From NCBI GenBank assembly GCA_038199875.1, contig JBBPYN010000076.1, positions 7,036 to 71,035 of the forward strand: a DNA stretch of 64,000 nt, given 5' to 3'. The stretch is from Rubrobacterales bacterium. GTDB taxonomy: Bacteria; Actinomycetota; Rubrobacteria; Rubrobacterales; Rubrobacteraceae. The first letter of the stretch is position 1. Each line of letters starts with the position of its first letter. Below the pieces are notes generated by a model. That model saw nothing but the letters and a program-made list of their open reading frames with translations, was not told where the DNA came from and searched no databases. The position numbers and the translations under genes are program-made. This document shows, in pieces, positions 42,770 through 51,830 of this stretch.

Positions 42770-44281
42770 TTAGCCGCGGACGCGCTGGAGCTCGCGCAGG
42801 AACTCGGGGTTCGTGCGGGTCTCCTTGAGCTTCTGGATCAGGAGCTCTATCTTCTGCGCGCTGTCAAGGGCGTTGAGGATGCTGCGGACCTGCCAGACCC
42901 GCTGGGCCTCGGAAGGCTCCATGAGCAGCTCCTCCTTGCGTGTGGAGGAGTCCTCGATGTTGATGGCCGGGTAGATCCTGCGGTTCGCCAGCTTCCGGTC
43001 GAGCCTGAGCTCCATGTTGCCCGTGCCCTTGAACTCCTCGAAGATGACCTCGTCCATCCTGCTACCGGTCTCGACGAGCGCGGTCGCGAGTATGGTCAGG
43101 GACCCACCGTTCTCGATATTGCGCGCGGCCCCGAAGAACTTCTTCGGCGGGTAGAGCGCCGCCGAATCGACGCCACCGGAGAGGATCCTTCCTGAGGCCG
43201 GGGCTGCGAGGTTGTACGCCCGCGAGAGCCTGGTTATACCGTCGAGCAGCACGACCACGTCCTCGCCTTCCTCGACCAGGCGCTTGACGCGCTCCAGGAC
43301 GAGCTCGGCTACGGCGATGTGGTTGTCCGCGGGCTGGTCGAAGGTCGAGGCGACTACCTCGGCCTCCTCCACGCTGCGCTCCCAGTCCGTGACCTCCTCA
43401 GGGCGCTCGTCTGCGAGCACCACGAACAGCTTGGTCTCCGGATAGTTGGCCGCGATGGACTGGGCTATTTGCTTGAGAATCGTCGTCTTACCGGCCTTGG
43501 GAGGCGAGACGACCATCCCGCGCTGGCCCTTGCCTATCGGGGCGACGAGGTCGATGACGCGAGGGGCGATATCGTTCGGCTTCCACTCCAGGCGCAGCCG
43601 CTCCATCGGGTAAAGCGGCGTCAGGTCATCGAAGTTCGGGCGCCAGCGGCCCTTCTGGGGCTCCTGGCCGTTCACCGTCTCGATGCGGACCATCGCCGGA
43701 TACTTCTCACCCTCGCGGGCTGGGCGGATCTGGCCCGTGATCTCATCTCCCCTGCGCAGGTTGAAGCGCTTGATCTGGCTGGTCGAGACGTAGACGTCGC
43801 CCTTGCTCTGGCTGTAGCCTCCGGTCCTGAGGAACCCGAAACCGTCGGGCAACACGTCGAGGATGCCGGTCTGCACCTGCTCGTCGCCGCCGCGATTCCC
43901 GCGGTCCTGCCTGCGGTCCGGGCGCCTGCGCTCATCCTGTCTCTGCTGCTGCCTGCGGTGCTCGGGGGCTGGCGCCTCTGGCGGCGCCTCGACCGCGCCA
44001 TCCGCCGTGGCTGTCGTTTCGTTCGTCTCGGGCGCCGCAGCTGCGGAGGCCGCACCGTTAGCCGGTTGCGCTTCGGCCGTCGCCGCGCCGTTGGCTCCGC
44101 CGTCGGCCTCGCCGTTCGTCGTGTTCTCCTGCTGGGTCGCTGCCTGCTCGGTGGCGACCTTGTAGATCATCTCAGCGAGCTCGGGCTTGCGGTACTTGCG
44201 GTACTGCTTTATTCCTAGCTGCGAGGCGATCTGGTGCAGGTCGCTGAGCCGCTTGCGCTCCAGGGTCGAGAGTTCGGTCAT
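42770..44281 (-). CDS. rho: Transcription termination factor Rho with low-complexity N-terminal insertion
   Basis: [40 protein letters not shown]. Confidence 0.97.
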   Translation of the reverse strand: MTELSTLERKRLSDLHQIASQLGIKQYRKYRKPELAEMIYKVATEQAATQQENTTNGEADGGANGAATAEAQPANGAASAAAAPETNETTATADGAVEAPPEAPAPEHRRQQQRQDERRRPDRRQDRGNRGGDEQVQTGILDVLPDGFGFLRTGGYSQSKGDVYVSTSQIKRFNLRRGDEITGQIRPAREGEKYPAMVRIETVNGQEPQKGRWRPNFDDLTPLYPMERLRLEWKPNDIAPRVIDLVAPIGKGQRGMVVSPPKAGKTTILKQIAQSIAANYPETKLFVVLADERPEEVTDWERSVEEAEVVASTFDQPADNHIAVAELVLERVKRLVEEGEDVVVLLDGITRLSRAYNLAAPASGRILSGGVDSAALYPPKKFFGAARNIENGGSLTILATALVETGSRMDEVIFEEFKGTGNMELRLDRKLANRRIYPAINIEDSSTRKEELLMEPSEAQRVWQVRSILNALDSAQKIELLIQKLKETRTNPEFLRELQRVRG

Positions 44282-44499
44282 GTTTGTACTCCACCTTTCC
44301 CGTTTACGATGCGTAAAACGTCTTTCATCTGATTTCCTTGCAGGTCTGTCAAAGCTGGAAACCCCGCCGCCCGGCTTCGGGCTCTAGGGCGTGGATGGTG
44401 TCCACGAATCTTACCACACGGGGCTCGGTCGACATAACGACGGTGTGCGTCCGCGCGCCGCCCCCGGAGTACTTCACCCCTTCGAGGTGCGCAACCTTT

Positions 44500-44688
44500 G
44501 GCGCGACGCGCTCGGTCACAGCGGCGGCCGAGGCTATGGACCCCAAGCGGGAATCGGTAGCGTTAATGGGTTCTCACCGAACCTCCATACCCACCAAGAT
44601 GGACCGCATGCCACGGAACGCTCTCGTGGCCGGGTCTGTGTCGAATCGGTGCGGAATGGTCTCCTGGTTGAGACCAGCGTATCTTGCC
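44500..44688 (-). ncRNA. Candidate ~190-nt structured RNA (6S-like or long rho leader)
   Basis: TATACT at 44699-44694; predicted 5' end pairs with the segment ending at 44500; a second extended -10 (TGgTAAGAT, 44408-44416) lies closer to rho. Manual folding only. Confidence 0.35.
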
Positions 44689-44727
44689 CGCTAAGTATAC
44701 ACTAGCTACGGGGCGCCGACCACCGGC

Positions 44728-46044
44728 TCACGGCCCTTTCTGCGCCACCGCCTCCCGCGCGAGACCCAGAAGCTCCGTGTCGAGGCCATCTCCAACGGGG
44801 TCGTTGTCACAGTACAGTACGGGCTTCCCTTCCTCTGAGCCCCGGCGCGTAACGACGTCAACCGCGGCGGCTTTTATCTCCGTGAGGTAGGCCTCGACCC
44901 CTGACATCGCGTCGAGGTCATCGGCCAGGCGCCGCCTGTCGGACAGGTTCCCAGAGGAGGCGACTACCTCGCAGCCGTACTGCTCCTCCAGATGCCTGGC
45001 GAGCGTGTCTAGAACGGCTGGCGGCGCGGTCGAGACGTATCCGACCCGCATCCCCTCGATGTTTCCGACCGGCCGCGGCCTGAAGACCGTTGGGATCACG
45101 GTCAGGTCAGGCCGTACGTGGCCGATAGCCTTCACGAGGCCATCTACCTTCTCGGGTGCTGCCATGGGCTCCTCGCTCATGGTGAGGAGGACGAGGTCCG
45201 AGAGGAGCAGCCGGTAGGTACCGAGGAAACCAACGATGTACTCGGGGTCCTGATGGGCGCCCGCGACGAGCACCCGCCCCTCGACGCGGACGGGAGGCAT
45301 CGCCGCTCCGGACCCGTCGAAGACCGTGACCAGCGTGTCGAGGCGGTTGGCGATCTCCGCTCCCTCCACCACGTTGGAGACGAAGGGCTGCCCGGCGAGG
45401 CCGCCGCCGCACCTGCGGCATCCGACGGTGGTGACCCTGCTCAGGGCCGCCGTCTCATAGTAGTCGCTCGCCGCATGCGCCCCGCGGCCGAGGGCCTCGA
45501 GAAGGTACTCGCTCCCGACCTCCAGTTTGTGGCCCTCGATGATCTCGGGGTGGGGTGGCCCACCGCGGCCCATCGAGACCACGCCCGGATCGAAGCCCTC
45601 GCTGGCGAGAAGGCGCGCCAGGTAGCCAGAGACAGCCGTCTTTCCTACCCGCTTGCCGGTCCCGATCACGGCCAGGGATGGCTTGGTCGAGGCAGGCCGA
45701 AGGTCAGGGGGCTTGAGCTCGAAGTCGCTGCCGAGGTAGCGCGCCCCGGCGTAAAGGGCGAGCGAAGCGATCCTCATCCGCTCCCTGTAGCCGACCACGG
45801 GCTCATCGGAGAGGTCGACGACGACGTCCACCTCGTACTGGGATAACGCCCGCTCTACCGCGGAGACGGGGTCAGAGCCTTTGACCAGCGGAACGCCGTA
45901 ATCCGTGCCCGCCTTGAGCTTCTCGGTCCCCCCGAGGAAGGCCGCGGCCACCGCATTGGCCCCTAGCGACTTTTGCACGCTTTGCATGGCATCGAGGACG
46001 ACCGGAGGGTAGTGCTCGCCGTCGATCAGGAACAGGGCCAGCAC
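44728..46044 (-). CDS. cpgS: Cyclic 2,3-diphosphoglycerate synthetase-like protein
   Basis: N-terminal LIDGEHYPPVV, GTGKRVGKT P-loop, RRCGGGLAG, TEIKAAAVDVV, motifs I recognise from archaeal cDPGS. Confidence 0.85.
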   Translation of the reverse strand: MLALFLIDGEHYPPVVLDAMQSVQKSLGANAVAAAFLGGTEKLKAGTDYGVPLVKGSDPVSAVERALSQYEVDVVVDLSDEPVVGYRERMRIASLALYAGARYLGSDFELKPPDLRPASTKPSLAVIGTGKRVGKTAVSGYLARLLASEGFDPGVVSMGRGGPPHPEIIEGHKLEVGSEYLLEALGRGAHAASDYYETAALSRVTTVGCRRCGGGLAGQPFVSNVVEGAEIANRLDTLVTVFDGSGAAMPPVRVEGRVLVAGAHQDPEYIVGFLGTYRLLLSDLVLLTMSEEPMAAPEKVDGLVKAIGHVRPDLTVIPTVFRPRPVGNIEGMRVGYVSTAPPAVLDTLARHLEEQYGCEVVASSGNLSDRRRLADDLDAMSGVEAYLTEIKAAAVDVVTRRGSEEGKPVLYCDNDPVGDGLDTELLGLAREAVAQKGP

Positions 46045-46049
46045 CTGTG

Positions 46050-46868
46050 CTAGCTCATCGTCGAATGCTCGCTGCTGTCCCCCGGTCGCCCGTCGCCCTC
46101 CTCATAGTGCTTGTACCGGTGGGTCGCCGCGTCGAAGTCCACGATCAACTCCCTGTCCTTGAACGGGTACTTGCGGAAGACCATCACCCTGCCGTCTTCG
46201 ATCTCTATGATGTTGTAGCAAGGGCGCGTGTTTCCCCTGAGGCGCGTGGTCGAGGCGGTCCCTGCGTTGACGATGAACATGTCTTCGAGCCTCCACGAGT
46301 AAGGCACGTGCTTGTGGCCGGAGAGGACCAGGTCGACCTCTGTGTCGGCGAGCAGTTCCAGCACATCCCCGGCATCGTAGATGATGTTCCGCTCACGCCC
46401 CGTGCCTGGAATGGGGATCAGGTGGTGGTGGATAACGAAGATCTTGAGCCTGTCTCCGGCGCCTGCGAAGGTCTCGTGGATGAACTCGTAATGCTCGCGC
46501 CCCACCCGCCCGTCGTCGAGGTCTGGCTCCGAGGAGTCGACGGCGACCATGACGGCGTCTTCGAAGTCGAGGGTCGAGTACCGTTCACCGAAGAGCCGCT
46601 CGAAGTGGATGTAACCGACGTTGCGCGAATCGTGGTTGCCCGGGATCACCACGATGCGCTCGCACCTTATGCGGCGGATATACTCGGCCGCCATCTCGAA
46701 CTCCTGGCGGTAACCGGCATCCGTCAGGTCGCCAGAGACCACGACGGCGTTGGGATCCAGTTCGTTTATCTCGAGGATCGAACGCTCCAGCAGGTCCGGG
46801 ATGAAGTAAGGACTGCCGCAGTGGATATCGCTGATCTGACAAATAACCATCTGGCCCCGCGCGCTCAT
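46050..46868 (-). CDS. Calcineurin-like metallophosphoesterase
   Basis: SDIH, GDLTD, GNHD, HHH, GHKH complete metal-binding set; 5 nt from the cpgS start; extended -10 TGtTATACT upstream. Confidence 0.92.
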   Translation of the reverse strand: MSARGQMVICQISDIHCGSPYFIPDLLERSILEINELDPNAVVVSGDLTDAGYRQEFEMAAEYIRRIRCERIVVIPGNHDSRNVGYIHFERLFGERYSTLDFEDAVMVAVDSSEPDLDDGRVGREHYEFIHETFAGAGDRLKIFVIHHHLIPIPGTGRERNIIYDAGDVLELLADTEVDLVLSGHKHVPYSWRLEDMFIVNAGTASTTRLRGNTRPCYNIIEIEDGRVMVFRKYPFKDRELIVDFDAATHRYKHYEEGDGRPGDSSEHSTMS

Positions 46869-46998
46869 TCGCTCCCCGATTCCATGGACTGGAAATGCCC
46901 GCAAAAGTATAACAGAGCGCCCTTCCGGGGCTTCAGGTTACAGGATTGTCCTGGGGACGGTACCTGGGGTAACTAGCGGTACCGAGCAATTCGGGGGC

Positions 46999-48636
46999 TT
47001 ACATCTTCTCTGGCGCGTTCACCCCGAGAAGGGCGAGGCCATTGCGCAGCACGGTCTTCGTGGCGGCGCACAGGGCGAGACGGCGTTGCCTCGTCTCCTC
47101 GTCGTCAACGAGCACACGGTGCAACGTGTAGAACTGGTGGAAGCGGGTGGCTAGGGTTTCGAGGTACGTTGGCAGGGGATGTACCTCGCGCCTGGAGGCG
47201 GAGTTTTCGATTACGCGGGGGAAATCCAGTAGCTCGAGCACGAGCAGACGCTCTTCTGGCGCGAGATCCCCGGCAGGAATCTCGCCCAGGTTCTCTGGGC
47301 TAGTTTCGGCCCGCTCGAAGATGCTCGATATGCGGGCGTGGGCGTACTGGACGTAGAAGACGGGGTTCTCTTCGGACTGGCTGATCGCGAGGTCAAGGTC
47401 GAAGTTCATCTCGGTGTTGTGGGAGGAGCGCACGTAGAAGTAACGGGCTACGTCCTCCCCCACCTCATCGAGCAACTCGTCGAGATCCACGCTATTGCCT
47501 GCCCGCTTGCTGAACTTGACCCGTTCGCCCTCACGCACGAGCTTCACGAGCCTGACCAGTTCGACGTCGAGGAACTCGCGGGGCAACCCGAGCGCGACGA
47601 GGCCTGCCCTTATGCGGGGCGGGTAGCCGGCGTGATCCGCGCCGAGCACGTCGACGGCAGTCCGGAAACCGCGCTCCCACTTGCCGCGGTGGTAGGCGAG
47701 GTCGGGGGCCATGTACGTAAACGACTCGTCGCTCTTGACAAGTACCCTGTCCTTGTCGTCCCCGAACTTCGAGGTCGCGAGCCACATGGCGCCCTCGCCC
47801 TCGTACACGTTGTCGCCCTCCGCGAGCTCCTGGACGATCTCCTTTACCGCGCCAGACTCGTAGAGGTCCTTCTCGTTGAAGAAGGTGTCGAAGCGGACCC
47901 GTACACGGGCCAGGGTGCGCTTGATCTCGTCCATACACCAGCGGGTCGCGAAGGCGGTTATCTCGCGCAGAGCCTTTTCACGGTCCATCTCCAGAAGGTC
48001 GCGGCCGTGCTCTCTTACGACATCCTCCGCTATCTCCTTTGTGTAATCTCCCTGGTATGCCGGTTCCGAGTTGGAGAGGGGCCACGTCTCCCCGTAGAGT
48101 ACGGCGTATCGGGCGGCGACCGACTCGCCGAAGAGGCGGATCTGGTTCCCCCCGTCGTTGAAGTAGTACTCGCGTGAGACGTTCCTGCCCGCGGTCTCCA
48201 TGATCCTGGCCAGCGAGTCCCCGTAGGCAGCCTGGCGCCCATGCCCGACATGCATGGGGCCCGTCGGGTTGACGCTGACGAACTCGAGCAGGACAGGATC
48301 CCCAGAAGGCTCCCGCCAACCGTAGAGATCACCCTGTTCCAGCAGAGAATTGACCTCATCCCACAACGCTTGCGTGGAGAGCCTGAAGTTGACGAACCCA
48401 GGTCCAGCAACCCCAGCCTCACACACGTAAGGCGCGTCGAGCGCCCCGACGAGGTTCTCGGCGACCTCCCTTGGGTTCCTCCGCAGCACCCTGGCATTGG
48501 CGAGGGCGACGTTCGTGGCAAAATCTCCGTGGCTCGGGTCGTTCGGCCGCTCGACGTGGATACCGTCGAGCTCGACCCCATAGGTCCTCTCTACAGCCTC
48601 CCGCACGGCGTCAGCCAGACGCTCCTCGAAGCTCAT
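46999..48636 (-). CDS. argS: Arginine--tRNA ligase
   Basis: GDFATN, GPGFVNF, SVNPTGPMHVGHGR, FSKRAG, YVQYAHARI. Confidence 0.96.
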   Translation of the reverse strand: MSFEERLADAVREAVERTYGVELDGIHVERPNDPSHGDFATNVALANARVLRRNPREVAENLVGALDAPYVCEAGVAGPGFVNFRLSTQALWDEVNSLLEQGDLYGWREPSGDPVLLEFVSVNPTGPMHVGHGRQAAYGDSLARIMETAGRNVSREYYFNDGGNQIRLFGESVAARYAVLYGETWPLSNSEPAYQGDYTKEIAEDVVREHGRDLLEMDREKALREITAFATRWCMDEIKRTLARVRVRFDTFFNEKDLYESGAVKEIVQELAEGDNVYEGEGAMWLATSKFGDDKDRVLVKSDESFTYMAPDLAYHRGKWERGFRTAVDVLGADHAGYPPRIRAGLVALGLPREFLDVELVRLVKLVREGERVKFSKRAGNSVDLDELLDEVGEDVARYFYVRSSHNTEMNFDLDLAISQSEENPVFYVQYAHARISSIFERAETSPENLGEIPAGDLAPEERLLVLELLDFPRVIENSASRREVHPLPTYLETLATRFHQFYTLHRVLVDDEETRQRRLALCAATKTVLRNGLALLGVNAPEKM

Positions 48637-48854
48637 CCCTCACCCCCGAGAAGATCGTCCAAAAGCCGCTTGTTCTCCTCGGCTACGCGCAGGGTCTCAT
48701 CCCTGTCGTACTCGAAGCGAACCTCGAAGACGTCCCCCGCCGAGACCTCCTCTGGCAACAACTCACGCGGCACGTCGAAGCCGCGGCGCCCGTCAGGGTA
48801 GGGCAAGAGTACGGCCCAACCGTTGTCCTCAAACCTGTCTATCTGCAGACGCAT
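48633..48854 (-). CDS. DUF3006 family protein
   Basis: IDRFEDNGWAVL...PRELLPEEVSAGDVF; ATGA-coupled to argS. Confidence 0.8.
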   Translation of the reverse strand: MRLQIDRFEDNGWAVLLPYPDGRRGFDVPRELLPEEVSAGDVFEVRFEYDRDETLRVAEENKRLLDDLLGGEG

Positions 48855-48867
48855 ATATGTGTATGGT

Positions 48868-48920
48868 AGCACGCTCCCTTTGGTCGCTTGGCCGAAGCGT
48901 GCAGCGGAGCGAAGCGGAGC
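48868..48920. repeat. Copy of the CAGCACGCTCC..GTCGCTT repeat family plus GCGGAGCGAAGC motif
   Basis: AGCACGCTCCCTTTGGTCGCTTG differs from 774-796 by only 2 nt. Confidence 0.65.
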
Positions 48921-49393
48921 TACCAGTGGTATTTCTCGTTGCGGTGTATTTTTGCTGCGCGGTAGAGTTGTTCGAGGAGGACAACCCTGGCGAGGGCGTG
49001 TGGGAGGGTGATCTCCCCGAGGGACCAGAGTTCCTGGGATCTTTGCAATACGTCGGGGGAGAGGCCAAGGGGGCCACCGATTATGAAGGCCACGTGGCTG
49101 CGGCCAGAGACGCCCAGGTCTTCGAGCTTGCGGGCGATTCTTTCTGATGGGTATTGCTTGCCTCGCTCCCTTTCCAGGGAGACGACGTACGCTTGTGTGG
49201 GGAGGCACTTCAGGATGCGTTTGCCTTCCTTGGAGAGCACTTCCTGGCGGGGGCGGCAGTTTATGTCTTCTTCGGGGACTTCGATCACGTCGATGTGGAA
49301 ATAGCGGCGAAGTCGGTTTGTGTAGTCTTCGGAGCCCTTGGCGGTCCAACCCTTCGGCTTTCCGACGCAGACCAGGGTGCAGCGGCTTATCAC
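48920..49393 (-). CDS. rlmH: 23S rRNA pseudouridine-1915 N3-methyltransferase
   Basis: VCVGKPK, FIIGGPLGL, SLGEITLPHALARVVLLEQLYRA...YHW; GTGA overlap with the upstream gene. Confidence 0.92.
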   Translation of the reverse strand: MISRCTLVCVGKPKGWTAKGSEDYTNRLRRYFHIDVIEVPEEDINCRPRQEVLSKEGKRILKCLPTQAYVVSLERERGKQYPSERIARKLEDLGVSGRSHVAFIIGGPLGLSPDVLQRSQELWSLGEITLPHALARVVLLEQLYRAAKIHRNEKYHW

Positions 49394-50214
49394 TCGATGC
49401 CGAAGAGTTGTCCTGCGGGGTCCTTCTCGTCGTAGTGGTAGACGTGTTCGGTGGCTTGAAGCGGAGATCCTACTTCGATCCAGGGCGTGGGATGGCCGGC
49501 GATCGCAGCCCTTACCCTGACGCCGCCGTGACCGGCCTCCCTGAGCGCCCCGTGAACGGTTCCGCAGGCGCGGGTCGGGGAGTTGTTGGTCTTCGAAAGA
49601 TGGGCGAGGACGAGGTCTTTGAGCCCATGAGGGGCGAGCGCGACGGCCGCATCGGCCGCCTGCCGGTTGGAGAGGTGGCCGTACCGGGAGGAGATCCGAC
49701 GTTTCAAGTTCGCCGAGTAAGGGCCCCGCCTCAGCCAGTCCCCTTCGTGGTTCGCTTCGAGGACCACCGCCTCGGCCCCGCGCATGCACCTCAGAACCTC
49801 GATACCGGCCTCACCCAGGTCCGTCGCCATCGCCACCGCGTTCTCCGCGTCGGCGACACGTACGCCGTAGGTCGAGGAGTCGTGCGGGACCTCGAAGAAG
49901 GTCGCCGTAAGGCCGCCGACCGTGCACACCTCTTCAGTGGCCACCGTGTTCGCGCCGAGGGACTCACCGACGCCTGGCGCGGCGTAGACGGCTATGCCGT
50001 GGTCGCGGACCAGGGAGCGTACGCCGCACGTGTGGTCGGCGTGTCCGTGGGTCAGGATGATGGCTCCCACATCGTCGATGTCTCTGCCGATACGGTCGAG
50101 GAGTACCTCTATGCGCCGTCGCGAGAGGCCGGCGTCGACCAGAAGGCCGCCCGAGCCCGACTCCATGTAGGTCGCATTGCCCGAGCTTCCGCTCGAGAGA
50201 ACACTCAGCCGCAA
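49390..50214 (-). CDS. MBL-fold metallohydrolase (YycJ/WalJ-like)
   Basis: SGSSGNATY, LVDAG, THGHADH, EANHE, AHLSKTNN. Confidence 0.88.
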   Translation of the reverse strand: MRLSVLSSGSSGNATYMESGSGGLLVDAGLSRRRIEVLLDRIGRDIDDVGAIILTHGHADHTCGVRSLVRDHGIAVYAAPGVGESLGANTVATEEVCTVGGLTATFFEVPHDSSTYGVRVADAENAVAMATDLGEAGIEVLRCMRGAEAVVLEANHEGDWLRRGPYSANLKRRISSRYGHLSNRQAADAAVALAPHGLKDLVLAHLSKTNNSPTRACGTVHGALREAGHGGVRVRAAIAGHPTPWIEVGSPLQATEHVYHYDEKDPAGQLFGIE

Positions 50215-50289
50215 ATCCGTCCTCTATTGGGTCGAACGGTTGATCACCGGGTACACAATTCGTCCCGGGGAGATCTTAGCACGGTGGGG

Positions 50290-51111
50290 TCATGATCTCG
50301 TTCCGACCAGCTCTCCCTGGACTATGATGCGTTGCTTGTAGTCGGGCAGGGTGCAGGTCTGCAGCGAGACGAGCGATTTGCCTTCTGTAGGTTCCATAAC
50401 CCCGACGTTGTCCGGGTCGACGAGCATCTGGTCGGTCACCCGGTACTCGTACTTCGTCCCCTCCGTGTCCTCCAGCAGGATCTCATCGCCCTCGCCCAAC
50501 TGGTCCAGATAGTAGAAAACGAGGTAAGAGTTCGTTCCTTCGTACCCCAGTCGATGACCGGCGATGTAGGTGTTCGCGCCCTTCTGCCAGGGGAAGCCCG
50601 TGGCCGGGATGTGGACGGTGGATTTCTTGAGCTTCTCGTCCTTGACCGAGTTGTAGACGGCCACGTCAGCGAGGCCCAGGTTCGGGACGGTCAGGTAGAG
50701 GGTCTTGTCGTCAGGTCCCCCAGGGTCCCTTCCGAAGTTGAAGGGCCTGACGGCCGGTATCGCTCCCGCCGAAGACCCTGAGGCCTCGGACCCATAATCG
50801 TCCGAACCCTCCTTGTGCCAGTCCTCGTACTTCGGTGGATCCTTCTTGAGGTCTTTCTTCGAGAGGATGTCTTTGGGGAGAACGGCATCTACGGTCTTCC
50901 CCTGGTCGGCCTTCTCCCTGGCCGCCTGGTTCTCTTTATGAACCATGTCTTCACGCACGGTCGATGCCCCGCCGCCGTCATCCGGCCCTTTGCCATTCGC
51001 TCCGGCGGACTGTGGCTGGCCTGCGCAGGCCGTCAGCAGGACAAACAAGAGCGGGGCGAGTACCGCCCCGCTCAACGAGAAGAGACGCAGGTTCAAGCCT
51101 TGTCTCTCCAT
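50290..51111 (-). CDS. Sortase (class D/E-like) with lipoprotein signal
   Basis: Lipobox LLTAC; catalytic triad IAGHR, LQTCT, QRIIV. Confidence 0.85.
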   Translation of the reverse strand: MERQGLNLRLFSLSGAVLAPLLFVLLTACAGQPQSAGANGKGPDDGGGASTVREDMVHKENQAAREKADQGKTVDAVLPKDILSKKDLKKDPPKYEDWHKEGSDDYGSEASGSSAGAIPAVRPFNFGRDPGGPDDKTLYLTVPNLGLADVAVYNSVKDEKLKKSTVHIPATGFPWQKGANTYIAGHRLGYEGTNSYLVFYYLDQLGEGDEILLEDTEGTKYEYRVTDQMLVDPDNVGVMEPTEGKSLVSLQTCTLPDYKQRIIVQGELVGTRS

Positions 51112-51125
51112 GCCTCGCTCAAGCT

Positions 51126-51815
51126 CTAGACGTGTCCCAGACGGTACATTTCCGCCGGGGAGAGTTTCGGGCCACCGGTGCTCAGCATCTCTCCGCCCAG
51201 GAACGGTGCGACCGCCGCCGAGACCTCGTCCAGGGTCAGAGCCTCGGGGAAGGCCTCGTTGGCGTAAGGAACGACGCCGAGCAACATGTTGATCGCCACC
51301 ACGTGCTCGCCCTCGACGCCCTCGATGCTCCCAGCCGCCGCCAGGATGTCGGGGCTTGAGATCAGGGGCGCGGCGCCAAGGTAGGCGCCCACGCCGACGG
51401 GCTCGAAGGTGGCTGCCAGGTCCAGTACGGAGGCCTGGCTCGAGAACGCGTCTGCAGGGAAGGTCAAGGTCGGTTTCGACACCGGGGTCGCGCCCACGCT
51501 CTCAATCAAGCCTACGAGGGCGTCAACGTGCTGCGACTCGTGGCTCGCGAGGTTCTCGACGACGCCGAGGGCGTCGCCGGAGAGAACGCCGGCGTCAAGC
51601 GCCCTGGCGTAGAAGTCTGCCTCCAGATACTCCAGCGAGAGGGCGAAGTTCGCGATGTCCACGTCGTCGGTCTTCGCCGATGCCTTGCCCGCGACGAGCA
51701 TCGAGGCCGCGGTCGCGCCTGCGCCCGCTACAGCGAGAGACTTGAAGAAGTCCCTCCTGGTCCTTGGCCGGGCGAACTCGTGCGCGCCGGGAACGTTGAT
51801 CGTGTGCTTCTCCAT
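51126..51815 (-). CDS. Tat-exported ferritin-like domain protein (Ferritin_2 / PCC13-62-like) #2
   Basis: TRRDFFK signal; DIANFALSLEYLEADFY, HESQH, FEPVGVGAY, EGEH. Confidence 0.85.
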   Translation of the reverse strand: MEKHTINVPGAHEFARPRTRRDFFKSLAVAGAGATAASMLVAGKASAKTDDVDIANFALSLEYLEADFYARALDAGVLSGDALGVVENLASHESQHVDALVGLIESVGATPVSKPTLTFPADAFSSQASVLDLAATFEPVGVGAYLGAAPLISSPDILAAAGSIEGVEGEHVVAINMLLGVVPYANEAFPEALTLDEVSAAVAPFLGGEMLSTGGPKLSPAEMYRLGHV

Positions 51816-51830
51816 GTTTTTGTCTCCTCC

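Noticed and set aside
44349-44546. 65-aa ORF upstream of rho as a leader peptide or small protein
   Set aside because: TTG start without an RBS, no motif, and it overlaps the predicted RNA stem and rho promoter.
48900-48960. SCC-type attachment site at the rlmH 3' end
   Set aside because: No match to the staphylococcal ISS consensus and no recombinase or cargo downstream, only a REP-like repeat.
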